Shown here one piece after another: positions 1-9,476 of a stretch of DNA of 24,047 bases. Origin of the DNA: Naegleria gruberi (Eukaryota); the NCBI GenBank assembly GCA_000004985.1, contig GG738951.1; one strand, written 5' to 3'. Below the pieces are notes generated by a model, which was given only the letters and a program-made list of their open reading frames with translations, did not search any database and was not told the DNA's origin. The translations under genes and the position numbers were made by a program. The stretch's first letter is position 1. Each line of letters opens with the position of its first letter.

Positions 1-906
1 ATTTAACAGGTGATTTAAAATATTATGAAATTGCTAAAAAAGCAACATTAAGTATTTTTAAATATAGAGATTTAAAAACTAATTTAATTGGTAATCATAT
101 AAATATAATGAATGGAGAATGGATACATCGTGAATCAGGTATAGGAGCATCAATTGATTCATATTTTGAATATCTATATAAGGGATTTATTTTATTTAAA
201 GATGAAGAATTATTAAATTTATTTAAAATTCATTATCAATCAATTTTAAAATATGTTTATAAAAATCCATGGTATTCAGATGTTGATATGAAATTTCCAA
301 AAATAACATTTGGATTATATAATTCATTAGCTTCATTTTGGCCAGGTGTACAAGCTTTATATGGTAATTATGAAATTGCTAAAAAGTCAATTATTGCTAT
401 ACATGGTATTTGGAGAAAATATGGAAGTATACCTGAAGGTTTTAATATTTTAATTTCAAAAGCACAAAAAGGTCAATTACCATATCCATTAAGACCTGAA
501 TTAATTGAAAGTATTTATCATTTATTTAAATTTGATGGTTCACGTGATTCTAATTATCTATATATGGCAAGAGATTTTTATACTAGTTTGGAAATTAATA
601 CAAAAACTAAATGTGGATATGCTGTTATTGATAATGTTGAAACTTTAAAATTAAATGATAGAATGGAATCTTTCTTTTTATCTGAAACTTTAAAATATTT
701 ATATTTAATTTTTGATTTTAATAATTTTGTACATTATAATAATCAAACAAATTCAGAAGAATTATTATTCACTTTTAATACTGAAGCACATTTAATTCCT
801 TTAAATTTAAATGCCTATTTAAAAAATATGATCCTTATTTTAATGAAAATAGATTTTTACATGATTTTTCAAAAAAATCAGCAATTTTTAAATAAAATAT
901 TTATTT
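1..906 (+). CDS. Glycoside hydrolase family 47 (class I alpha-1,2-mannosidase / EDEM-like), C-terminal part. Partial at both ends: the frame is open from nt 3 and runs into the N gap.
   Basis: The frame starting at nt 3 has no stop before the gap. Translation carries conserved GH47 motifs: ESGIGASIDSYFEYLYK (the E..E..DSYYEYLLK box), RPELIES (RPE[TL][IV]ES), MESFFLSETLKYLYLIF (ESFFLAETLKYLYLLF) and FNTEAHLIPL (the C-terminal FNTEAHPLP box). Confidence 0.85.
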
Positions 907-2220
907 NNNNNNNNNNNNNNNNNNNNNNNNNNNNNNNNNNNNNNNNNNNNNNNNNNNNNNNNNNNNNNNNNNNNNNNNNNNNNNNNNNNNNNNNNNNNNN
1001 NNNNNNNNNNNNNNNNNNNNNNNNNNNNNNNNNNNNNNNNNNNNNNNNNNNNNNNNNNNNNNNNNNNNNNNNNNNNNNNNNNNNNNNNNNNNNNNNNNNN
1101 NNNNNNNNNNNNNNNNNNNNNNNNNNNNNNNNNNNNNNNNNNNNNNNNNNNNNNNNNNNNNNNNNNNNNNNNNNNNNNNNNNNNNNNNNNNNNNNNNNNN
1201 NNNNNNNNNNNNNNNNNNNNNNNNNNNNNNNNNNNNNNNNNNNNNNNNNNNNNNNNNNNNNNNNNNNNNNNNNNNNNNNNNNNNNNNNNNNNNNNNNNNN
1301 NNNNNNNNNNNNNNNNNNNNNNNNNNNNNNNNNNNNNNNNNNNNNNNNNNNNNNNNNNNNNNNNNNNNNNNNNNNNNNNNNNNNNNNNNNNNNNNNNNNN
1401 NNNNNNNNNNNNNNNNNNNNNNNNNNNNNNNNNNNNNNNNNNNNNNNNNNNNNNNNNNNNNNNNNNNNNNNNNNNNNNNNNNNNNNNNNNNNNNNNNNNN
1501 NNNNNNNNNNNNNNNNNNNNNNNNNNNNNNNNNNNNNNNNNNNNNNNNNNNNNNNNNNNNNNNNNNNNNNNNNNNNNNNNNNNNNNNNNNNNNNNNNNNN
1601 NNNNNNNNNNNNNNNNNNNNNNNNNNNNNNNNNNNNNNNNNNNNNNNNNNNNNNNNNNNNNNNNNNNNNNNNNNNNNNNNNNNNNNNNNNNNNNNNNNNN
1701 NNNNNNNNNNNNNNNNNNNNNNNNNNNNNNNNNNNNNNNNNNNNNNNNNNNNNNNNNNNNNNNNNNNNNNNNNNNNNNNNNNNNNNNNNNNNNNNNNNNN
1801 NNNNNNNNNNNNNNNNNNNNNNNNNNNNNNNNNNNNNNNNNNNNNNNNNNNNNNNNNNNNNNNNNNNNNNNNNNNNNNNNNNNNNNNNNNNNNNNNNNNN
1901 NNNNNNNNNNNNNNNNNNNNNNNNNNNNNNNNNNNNNNNNNNNNNNNNNNNNNNNNNNNNNNNNNNNNNNNNNNNNNNNNNNNNNNNNNNNNNNNNNNNN
2001 NNNNNNNNNNNNNNNNNNNNNNNNNNNNNNNNNNNNNNNNNNNNNNNNNNNNNNNNNNNNNNNNNNNNNNNNNNNNNNNNNNNNNNNNNNNNNNNNNNNN
2101 NNNNNNNNNNNNNNNNNNNNNNNNNNNNNNNNNNNNNNNNNNNNNNNNNNNNNNNNNNNNNNNNNNNNNNNNNNNNNNNNNNNNNNNNNNNNNNNNNNNN
2201 NNNNNNNNNNNNNNNNNNNN
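907..2220. other. Assembly gap (1314 N)
   Basis: Run of n characters. It hides the 3' ends of the convergent GH47 and EML genes. Confidence 1.
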
Positions 2221-4054
2221 TGAAGTAGATCTATTACTTGTAGTAGTAGAAATACCTCTTGGTGATTTTTGATTCATTGAATCTAATAAATTAGCAGATT
2301 GACCACGTGGTGATTTAGGGTTATATAAACCACCACCAATCATACTATCCATTTTAAGAGAAGGTAATGCTGTAGATGTATTTAATTGATCTAATTGATC
2401 ATTATTATCAATTAAATTCCATTGAAATATAGTCAAATCACCACCACCACATGATAATAATTTTGTAATTCTTTCATTTTCAATATTATAATGTATAAAT
2501 TTAACATTTGTAACATGACTACAATGACCAATATAAGAATAACCAAATGGTTTAATAATTGGACATGGATAATGATATAAAGATAACATTGTTGTATCTT
2601 CACCTACTATAATTAATTCATTTTCATAATCAACATGACATGTATTAACATCTGTTCCATTAAAATCTTGTTTCCAAATACCTCTAACTGTCCATCCTAA
2701 TGGACATGTCATTGAATTCCATTCTATATTTTCTATATTTGAACAATTACTTAATTTTTTACTATTTAAATCCCATAATAATATTTCATAATCACCTGAA
2801 TTACTTTTTAAATAATTACCACATTTGGAAATATCTAAATGTGTAATAAATGATGAATGTCCTATTAATTTACCAATATATTTATAATCTCCACTACCAC
2901 TCTTTAAACAATTATATAAATAAATATAATTATCATGACTACCAACTGCTAATAAAGTACCATCATGATTATAAGATAGAGTTGTAATTTCTTCATTTGA
3001 ATCTTTACGTGTATATAATGGTTCTTCTGTAAATGTATAATTTTCTAAATTAAAACCATATATAAATAAATGACCTTCTTTAGAAGTGAATGCAACATGT
3101 TCATTTGAAGGTGAAACACATACACCTCTCAATTCTAATGATGAATTTAATTTTAATAATGAGGCGTGTTTTCTATTTTCACAATTCCATACAATAACTC
3201 TACCATCATCTGAACATGTTACAAATAAAGGTAATTCTTTAAATGTATCTAATCCCCATAATTGTTTTAACATGGTTCCAAAATGTGAAATTAATAACAA
3301 TTCAATTTCACCATTTTCTTTAATTAAATATAAATCACCATTTGCTTTACTAGCATATACATTATTATCATATTTAGAATGTGTTATATTTTTAACAAAT
3401 CCATTTATAGTAATACTTTTATAACATTCAATAAATGAATTATTAAATTTCCAATATTTAACTTGACCATCTTTACCACCACTAATAAAACCATAATTAA
3501 ATTTACTATTTTTATCATATAATGGATATAAAGTAAAAACATTACCATGATGTCCATTTATAGTATTAATTAATTTACCATCTCTAAATAAATAAATAGA
3601 ACCATCTTCACATCCAACATAGGCATCTTGATTTTTCATATTAAAACATAGAGAATGTAAATTTTGTAAAGTACCTTTACTTCCAAATATACCTGATTTA
3701 AATGTTAAATCTTTAGTATTATAAATTTTTAATACTTTTTTACCACAAATATAAATTTGTGAATCATCAGGTGAAAATTGTAAATCAAATATTTCACTTG
3801 ATAAACATTTTGTACTTGCAATTAATTCATTCTTTTTCCAATTATATAATAATATAATAGATGATGTATCATTACCACCTACTGTTACTAATAATTCTCC
3901 TGAATTGGAAAAACTAGTTGCTAATACTCCTCCATTTTTAAAATGTAAATGTGTATCTAATTTAGTAATTGGTTCTTTTATATCATGACTATCCCATATA
4001 TATATCATATCATCTTTACCTATTTGTCCACTTGCAAATATATATTCATTTGGA
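2221..4054 (-). CDS. EMAP-like (EML) microtubule-associated WD/TAPE tandem beta-propeller protein, exon 2. The 3' end is lost in the gap.
   Basis: The continuous minus-strand frame aligns along its length with human EML4. Examples: LLAVGSHDNYIYLY...GHSSFITHLD...SNSGDYEILLWD versus FLAVGSHDNFIYLY...GHSSYITHLDW...SNSGDYEILYWD; YPCPIIKPFGYSYIGHCSHVTNVKF versus YPCSKAKAPSHKYSAHSSHVTNVSF; KSGIFGSKG versus RKQGIFGKYE. The S/T/P/R-rich C-terminal tail runs into the gap. Confidence 0.88.
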
Positions 4055-4130
4055 CTATATTTTTAATATAAATTCAATTAATATTAAATTATTATTATTA
4101 TTAAATTAAATTATTAAATATAAAACATAC
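4055..4130 (-). other. Intron (76 nt) of the EML gene
   Basis: Minus strand shows a GTATGTT donor directly after ...ATTGCTAAACA and an AT-rich body ending in ...AAAAATATAG. Splicing joins TIAK-H-PNEYIFASGQIGKDDMIYIWDSHD in frame (CA + T = His). The joined sequence matches the EML4 HELP-region ...IATGQIAGVD...VWDS. Confidence 0.8.
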
Positions 4131-4417
4131 TGTTTAGCAATGGTAACAACATCATCATCATGTTTTCTAAAAACAGATTGTGTATTATTTATAGGATCAT
4201 AAACAATACCACATGCAGCACTTGGATATACTAATTTATTTTCATCATTAATATGAAAATAACAACCTTTACATCCTTTTTTAGAAGCACCATGAATAAA
4301 TTCTAATTCTAATTTCTTTGATGGTAATTTATCGACCATCATTTCTTCATAATTAGTTGGTGGAAAATGTGCTGCTTTTAAAAAACGTGGATAAATAACT
4401 GAATTTGATGATGTCAT
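4131..4417 (-). CDS. EML gene exon 1 (ATG at 4417). It encodes the HELP-motif region directly, with no N-terminal coiled coil.
   Basis: Begins with an ATG in A-rich context. YPSAACGIVYDPINNTQSVFRKHDDDVVTIAKHPNEYIFASGQIG parallels EML4 YFIASVVVLFNYEERTQRHYLGHTDCVKCLAIHPDKIRIATGQIAG. Confidence 0.8.
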
Positions 4418-4650
4418 TATAATAGATTTAATATTACAGTGAGTATATTATTATAAAAGATATATATTATAGAAGTGTTTAGCCTTTTTTTTTTGTATTT
4501 TTAAGAGACACTAAGATTTACAGTATATAAATGAAAGACAACACATCAGAGAGAGTGAAGATGTTGATGATAATGATGAACTTTTTGACCCTTAATGAAG
4601 TTGAGAGGTAAAATCTCTATCTCTCTCTATTGATGTCTACAATATGATTG

Positions 4651-4800
4651 AGAGAGATGGAACCATACATGAAATATTACATCTCTTGTTTTTCAGAATG
4701 TTGACCATGTAAATAATACAAGACTTGAATTATTGTATAATATCTAAATATTCATTGACACAATTCAAAAAGGCATGGAACATGGAACAATTTTGTAAAG
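4651..4800 (+). repeat. Left copy of the flanking direct repeat
   Basis: gagagatggaaccatacatgaaatattacatctcttg...ttcattgacacaattcaaaaaggcatggaacatggaacaattttgtaaag. It shares the 24-mer ggaacatggaacaattttgtaaag (4777-4800) and the catgaaatatt[a/g]catctct, ttgaca and ttcaaaaag blocks with the right copy. Weaker similarity extends upstream to the ttgagaggt box at about 4600. Confidence 0.7.
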
Positions 4801-4919
4801 TTATCTCTTAATCATTGTGTAAACTCCTCCTTCCAATCAAAATAGTTCCAGTTCAATGATTGTTGATTCTGACATGCCACTTTAAAAAGTGTGAATATTC
4901 TAAACTCACATTAAAAAAA

Positions 4920-6437
4920 ATGAGAGCATTCACATCCACAATCCGCCACCACACCCTGAAGAAGAATCACACAACAAGCTTTTTATTTTCAAAAAGAATT
5001 GGAAAAGAATCAATTAGAACATTTTCTAAAAATGTAATCCTAAACAATCAAATTCCGCCACCAACAGAAGAACAAGTAAGACACTTATATGACTTGGTAA
5101 TGAATAAAATTGTTTGGGAAAAGGCAAATAGAAATATAGTTCATGAGGATTTGAAAATGGAAAATCAATTTTCGAAACTTGATTTGAAACTTTTGATTAC
5201 TAATACCTCCCTATTTGCTGATCTATTTTCTTTCACACAAGATTTATTGACATTTGATCGATATAATCTTGTTCAGAATAGGGAAGAATTGAAAGAGGTG
5301 AATATTTCAAGTTTGATTCAATATTCTCAATTTTTTGCACATTTACTGAAAGGTATTGTTCAAGGATGGTATTCATTTAAAGATTTGAAACCATACTTTC
5401 CAAATCCACTTACAGGAGTTCAAATTGATGGTAAAGATTTGGTTGAAAATGATCCAGTGACCTATTTATATTGTTTATGGGAATTGAATTCAAAGGATTT
5501 TGTAAATGAACAAGTTCCATTTACAAGAGAGAAATTGATTTGTTTAATTCCAATCATTTTCTCTGCACTAGACCAAAATGATCCTGTAACTGCTTTACAA
5601 TACATGAAATTATTTGTAAAGCATTATCCTAAAGTTAAACAATTATACATAACATCAGCTCAAGGTAGTGATGAATTTTCATTGGAATCAAGTTGGACAA
5701 AAGTTTTAGGTAAAGTTTACACTGAGAATGAATTTGATTCGTGTTTAGATTGGGAAACTGAACTACCTGTAAACCTAAATGGAATGTACAATATTTTTAA
5801 AACACATGCAGACCACCAAACAATTGAAGATCAATGGAAAGTACTCTCAGTTATTGAAGAGGAAGAAAAAAAAACACCATCCAATCCTTATATTTTAGTA
5901 TTTAAGGGATATTTTGGAGATAGTGCTAAAGATTTTATTTATGGATCCAAATGTTTAGAACTATTAGCCAAATCACCTGCCAAAGTTGAAATATTGAAAA
6001 GAACTGAGAAATTTAATGTATTCAAGAATGAACAACCATCCAACCTTGAAATAATCAAAGATTTCAAATTCTTTCCTCTATTATTTTGGAAATGTGTAGT
6101 CTTATCAAAACAGGAAGATCCACGAATGGCAGTAGAATTATTCAAACAAGTGGAATATTATTCAAAAAAACAAACTCATTTTCCATTATTACTCTTGAAA
6201 ATGACTTTAGAATTCAGATTTGCCAATGATGAAGAGGTATTACGTATTTTCCAATTGATGGAACCATTCGAATCACAAACTAATCTTGTCCTTCTAGTCA
6301 GTGCAACAAACTATGCTTGCATGTCAATGAAAAATCTAGGATTAGAACAGGAAATTGTTCCAATGTTGGAAAAATTTATTGAGAAATATGGCAAGGAAAG
6401 TAATTTTACAACTATTCTCAATTACTATAAAAAGTAA
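4920..6437 (+). CDS. Element-borne ORF (505 aa) with no recognisable domain and a basic S/T-rich N-terminus. It could be a retroelement ORF1-like protein or an alpha-helical repeat protein.
   Basis: The ATG at 4920 sits in an aaaaaaaATG context. The track's 4860 start is TTG. The frame is open to 6437. Codon usage is unlike the surrounding genes. Confidence 0.5.
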   Translation: MRAFTSTIRHHTLKKNHTTSFLFSKRIGKESIRTFSKNVILNNQIPPPTEEQVRHLYDLVMNKIVWEKANRNIVHEDLKMENQFSKLDLKLLITNTSLFADLFSFTQDLLTFDRYNLVQNREELKEVNISSLIQYSQFFAHLLKGIVQGWYSFKDLKPYFPNPLTGVQIDGKDLVENDPVTYLYCLWELNSKDFVNEQVPFTREKLICLIPIIFSALDQNDPVTALQYMKLFVKHYPKVKQLYITSAQGSDEFSLESSWTKVLGKVYTENEFDSCLDWETELPVNLNGMYNIFKTHADHQTIEDQWKVLSVIEEEEKKTPSNPYILVFKGYFGDSAKDFIYGSKCLELLAKSPAKVEILKRTEKFNVFKNEQPSNLEIIKDFKFFPLLFWKCVVLSKQEDPRMAVELFKQVEYYSKKQTHFPLLLLKMTLEFRFANDEEVLRIFQLMEPFESQTNLVLLVSATNYACMSMKNLGLEQEIVPMLEKFIEKYGKESNFTTILNYYKK

Positions 6438-7440
6438 AATAGTTCTATTTTCATTAAAAGTTACTACTAGCTCTCAACATTGCACATATTGTTTTTCAAA
6501 ATTGCAACAGTTCAGCCCAAGAGGTACTTTCCTGTATGCTGAAAATTCAGCTTCAATTGCCAGTTGTGTTGATGAGGAACAACTAACTATTGTAACTTGG
6601 TTATTAAGGATAAAGAAGGAAATGAAATTTTGAGAGAACGTGCAACTTTGGATGAATTGAGTGAAGAAACATTCTCTGTTTCATTCTTAATTAAGAGTGA
6701 GCTATATACTGATTATAATATATCAGTAGAATTGGAGGAGAATTCATACTCTTTAGATAATAGTGAACATGTTGATCCATCTCCAATTCAAAAACTTAAC
6801 TTACAAATCAGATGCATTGAAAAGTTCCAAATAGATGCAGCAAGTACAATCTCAAAGAGTTCAAATGAAGAATCTCCATGTTAATGGTAAAATTGTTGAA
6901 GAGAAATTGGAATTCATTGCAAATGAAGTAAAAAAGATTCGTGATAGAACTATTTGAAAAATCATTTCAGGTACCTCACGTGAAAATATCAATGCAGTTC
7001 TTCCATTGTACATTGGTGAGGAACATTGGAGGGTTGCTCGTAAAAAGATGAAGCCAGTTTTAGGATTTGTCGCTACTTTGGATGTAATGGGTTATGCTTT
7101 CGAGCAATTCAAAACCATTCCATTCTTTGTTCTCTTCAAGCTTCTCCAAGAATGCTCTGAACAAGAATCAATGACTGAATTCCAATCTTTGAGATTAAAT
7201 TTGGTTCTAGCCAATTTTTAGAAACTGATGATGTGTATTGTGCAGCTGGTATGTTATTTGGACAAAAGAGAGGTAATGGTGAGTTTATTTATTTCACTCG
7301 TGCTCTATGTACCCCTGGTGTCAAGTTCTTTAAAAGTTGAAAATGTTATTGAGAGGTGAATTCCTTATAGAGTTGTTGAGTTGTTGGATTCTGCGCTTGG
7401 AGAATTGAATTCAATCCGGTGATGTTGTGGAAATTACTAA

Positions 7441-7536
7441 GAGAGCCTATCTGTACATGAAATATTGCATCTCTCTGGCTTTTCAATATATTGACAAAGT
7501 TCAAAAAGTCAAGGAACATGGAACAATTTTGTAAAG
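7441..7536 (+). repeat. Right copy of the flanking direct repeat; it lacks about 54 nt relative to the left copy.
   Basis: gagagcctatctgtacatgaaatattgcatctctctggcttttcaatatattgacaaagttcaaaaagtcaaggaacatggaacaattttgtaaag. The same 24-mer is at 7513-7536. A ttgagaggt box sits at about 7349. Confidence 0.7.
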
Positions 7537-7584
7537 AATATAATCACTAAAATATTAATAAAATAATAATAATCAATTTAAAAA

Positions 7585-8955
7585 ATGTCACATGATTCAC
7601 AATCTGATCAATTAAATGATCAACAACAACAAGAAGAAGAATATAATGAAGAGGAAGAAGAAGAAGAAGAATTTAATGAAGAAGAAGAAGAAATTAAAAA
7701 AACACTTGATGATGAATTATTAGATAGTGCTATTAATAGAGATTTTAATAGATTAAAATTATTATTAATAGAAAAAGGAGCCAATGCATTCTATAATAAA
7801 AGAATAGAAGGAGTATGGGGAGCCTATGAAGAATATGGAGTAATACATAAAGTATTACTTGGATGGGATGATATGAAAGAACAAATGCAAGCTATAGAAT
7901 TATTATTAAGTAAAGGTGCTAATGTAAATGCTATATATGGTAGTAGTAATTGGAAAGGAAGTGGATCAAGTGGTACAGCCTTTGAAATTGTATTAAGTAA
8001 GAATAATATTGAATTAATCAAATTATTTTTAAAATATGGAGCAGATTCAAATACATGTCAAAAAAGACAAGCACACACTATGAGATATGATGGTTCATCA
8101 TCTTTTCCTTTTTTATATCAAAGTGTTAAATATGGTAATTTAGATTTATTTAAATGTTTATTAGAACATAATGCTAATACTAATTTATTTGCTTTTAATA
8201 GAGGTTCATCTGAATATGGTCCTATTGATGATTTAAAAGAATTACCTTTACATTTAGCATGTAAATTATTTAAATCAATTAATAATATTAATATTAATAA
8301 TAATAATAATATTAATGAATCTTATGATAGTGATGATGAATATAATAATAATAATAATGAATCTAAATCTAAAAATAATTATGAAAAATATAAAGAAATG
8401 ATATTATTATTAATTAAATATAATAGTGATATTAACATGTATGGTAAAACAGTATATCAAATACCAAATGAAAATTATCCTAAAAATATAAATGAAGAAG
8501 AATATAATGAAATATCAGATCCAAGAGGTGATAATTTTATACCACAAACTATAAATATTAAAATACAATATACACCACTACATTTATCAATTATTACAAA
8601 TCAAAATGAAGAATTATTTAATTTATTATTATTTAATGGTGCAAATTCAAATATTAATTTTATTAAAAATAATATTGAAATTTCTACTTTAGATTTATTA
8701 AAAGAATATAATTTAAATTGGAATTTAAATTTTCAATGGTCAATTAAATATCATAAATATTTACCTAATCATTTAAAATTAATTATTAATACTTTACAAT
8801 ATATTTCATATCATTTAAATTGGCCTTTAAATTTAGATACTTTATCTATTATTTATAATTTTTTATGTTTGGATTATTTTTATGAAAATGATTTAAAATT
8901 TATTAAAAATAGACAAGAAGAATATGAAAAATTTAAAAAAACTAATTATTATTAA
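7585..8955 (+). CDS. Ankyrin-repeat protein with an acidic (poly-Glu) N-terminus and an Asn-rich insert
   Basis: Repeated ankyrin-like units are present: LLLIEKGANAFYN, IELLLSKGANVNAIYG, IKLFLKYGADSNTC, KCLLEHNANTNLFAF, LPLHLACKLF, TPLHLSIITNQNEELFNLLLFNGANSNINF. The ATG is in A-rich context, the frame is continuous and ends at a TAA. Confidence 0.65.
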   Translation: MSHDSQSDQLNDQQQQEEEYNEEEEEEEEFNEEEEEIKKTLDDELLDSAINRDFNRLKLLLIEKGANAFYNKRIEGVWGAYEEYGVIHKVLLGWDDMKEQMQAIELLLSKGANVNAIYGSSNWKGSGSSGTAFEIVLSKNNIELIKLFLKYGADSNTCQKRQAHTMRYDGSSSFPFLYQSVKYGNLDLFKCLLEHNANTNLFAFNRGSSEYGPIDDLKELPLHLACKLFKSINNININNNNNINESYDSDDEYNNNNNESKSKNNYEKYKEMILLLIKYNSDINMYGKTVYQIPNENYPKNINEEEYNEISDPRGDNFIPQTINIKIQYTPLHLSIITNQNEELFNLLLFNGANSNINFIKNNIEISTLDLLKEYNLNWNLNFQWSIKYHKYLPNHLKLIINTLQYISYHLNWPLNLDTLSIIYNFLCLDYFYENDLKFIKNRQEEYEKFKKTNYY

Positions 8956-9045
8956 TATTTAATAAAAATGTAGAGTGTTTGTTTATATTTTTAATAAAAT
9001 TAACATATCTTTTTATTCTGAATAATTTCCCTTTATTTTTATTCC

Positions 9046-9420
9046 ATCTTTTTGAAAATATATATTTATAATAAATGATATGGACTTTGAAATGATATTA
9101 ATTGTTCATTATAATATCCATATTCTAAATTAATAATTAATTGTTCCAATTCTTTTACATTTCCAATAAATTTAATTTTATTATTAAAAGTATTTAAATT
9201 TAAAGTTAAATATTTAATATTATTTAATTTAAATAATTTAAATGCTGTATCAATAAATATATTACATTCTAATTCTTTTAAATTTTTAAAATTACTATTA
9301 TTAGTAATTAATTCAATAATAGAATCATTATCATAATTATTAATAAATTTAATAGATTTTACATTTAAAGATGTTTTACAAATTGATTTTAAATTTAAAT
9401 AAATTGATAATAAATTAATT
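9046..9420 (-). other. Stop-free, Met-less 125-codon frame with LRR-like content. It is either a possible unannotated 3' exon of the F-box/LRR gene or a relic paralog fragment.
   Basis: Minus-strand frame INLLSIYLNLKSICKTSLNVKSIKFINNYDNDSIIELITNNSNFKNLKELECNIFIDTAFKLFKLNNIKYLTLNLNTFNNKIKFIGNVKELEQLIINLEYGYYNEQLISFQSPYHLL*. Having 125 codons without a stop in about 85% AT DNA is unlikely by chance. Confidence 0.3.
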
Positions 9421-9476
9421 TCTAAATCTCATCATTTATATTATTTTTATAAAAATTTAACTTTAAATTAAAATTA

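Larger units (their letters stand above)
4598..7536 (+). mobile_element. Candidate decayed retroelement or transposon. It is a GC-richer block with non-host codon usage, bounded by degenerate direct repeats. A TRE5-type non-LTR deletion derivative is one possibility; a solo/LTR-like element is another.
   Basis: Composition changes abruptly relative to the flanking AT-rich DNA. Diverged direct repeats of about 100-200 bp sit at both ends. The internal 505-aa ORF uses codons rare in the host (CGC, CCG, CTG, CAC, ACC). The 3' part (6440-7330) has short, frameshifted ORF fragments. The block exactly fills the space between two divergent host genes. Confidence 0.4.

Noticed and set aside
3086-3424. 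112-aa plus-strand ORF antisense to the EML coding exon
   Set aside because: It lies fully inside a well-supported minus-strand CDS, has no homology and has biased Asn/Phe composition. It is a typical antisense shadow ORF.
108-4008. ORF-track entries 108..2228 (+) and 901..4008 (-) that include long poly-X stretches
   Set aside because: The X residues come from translating the N gap. Only the parts outside 907-2220 are real. The gap length is arbitrary, so frame continuity across it is meaningless.
5939-6145. 68-aa minus-strand ORF inside the 505-aa element ORF
   Set aside because: An antisense shadow of a longer, better-supported frame.
4440-7560. Calling the element specifically TRE5-A.2
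   Set aside because: The size (about 2.9 kb) and duplicated terminal module fit my recollection of TRE5-A.2. However, TRE5 elements sit about 50 bp upstream of tRNA genes, and I found no tRNA-like sequence (no GGTTCGAAT-type T-arm and no GC-rich 72-mer) near either end or anywhere in the window. No C-module/oligo(A) tail is evident after 7536. The call is left as a generic candidate retroelement.
7824-8021. 65-aa minus-strand ORF inside the ankyrin gene
   Set aside because: Antisense shadow ORF.
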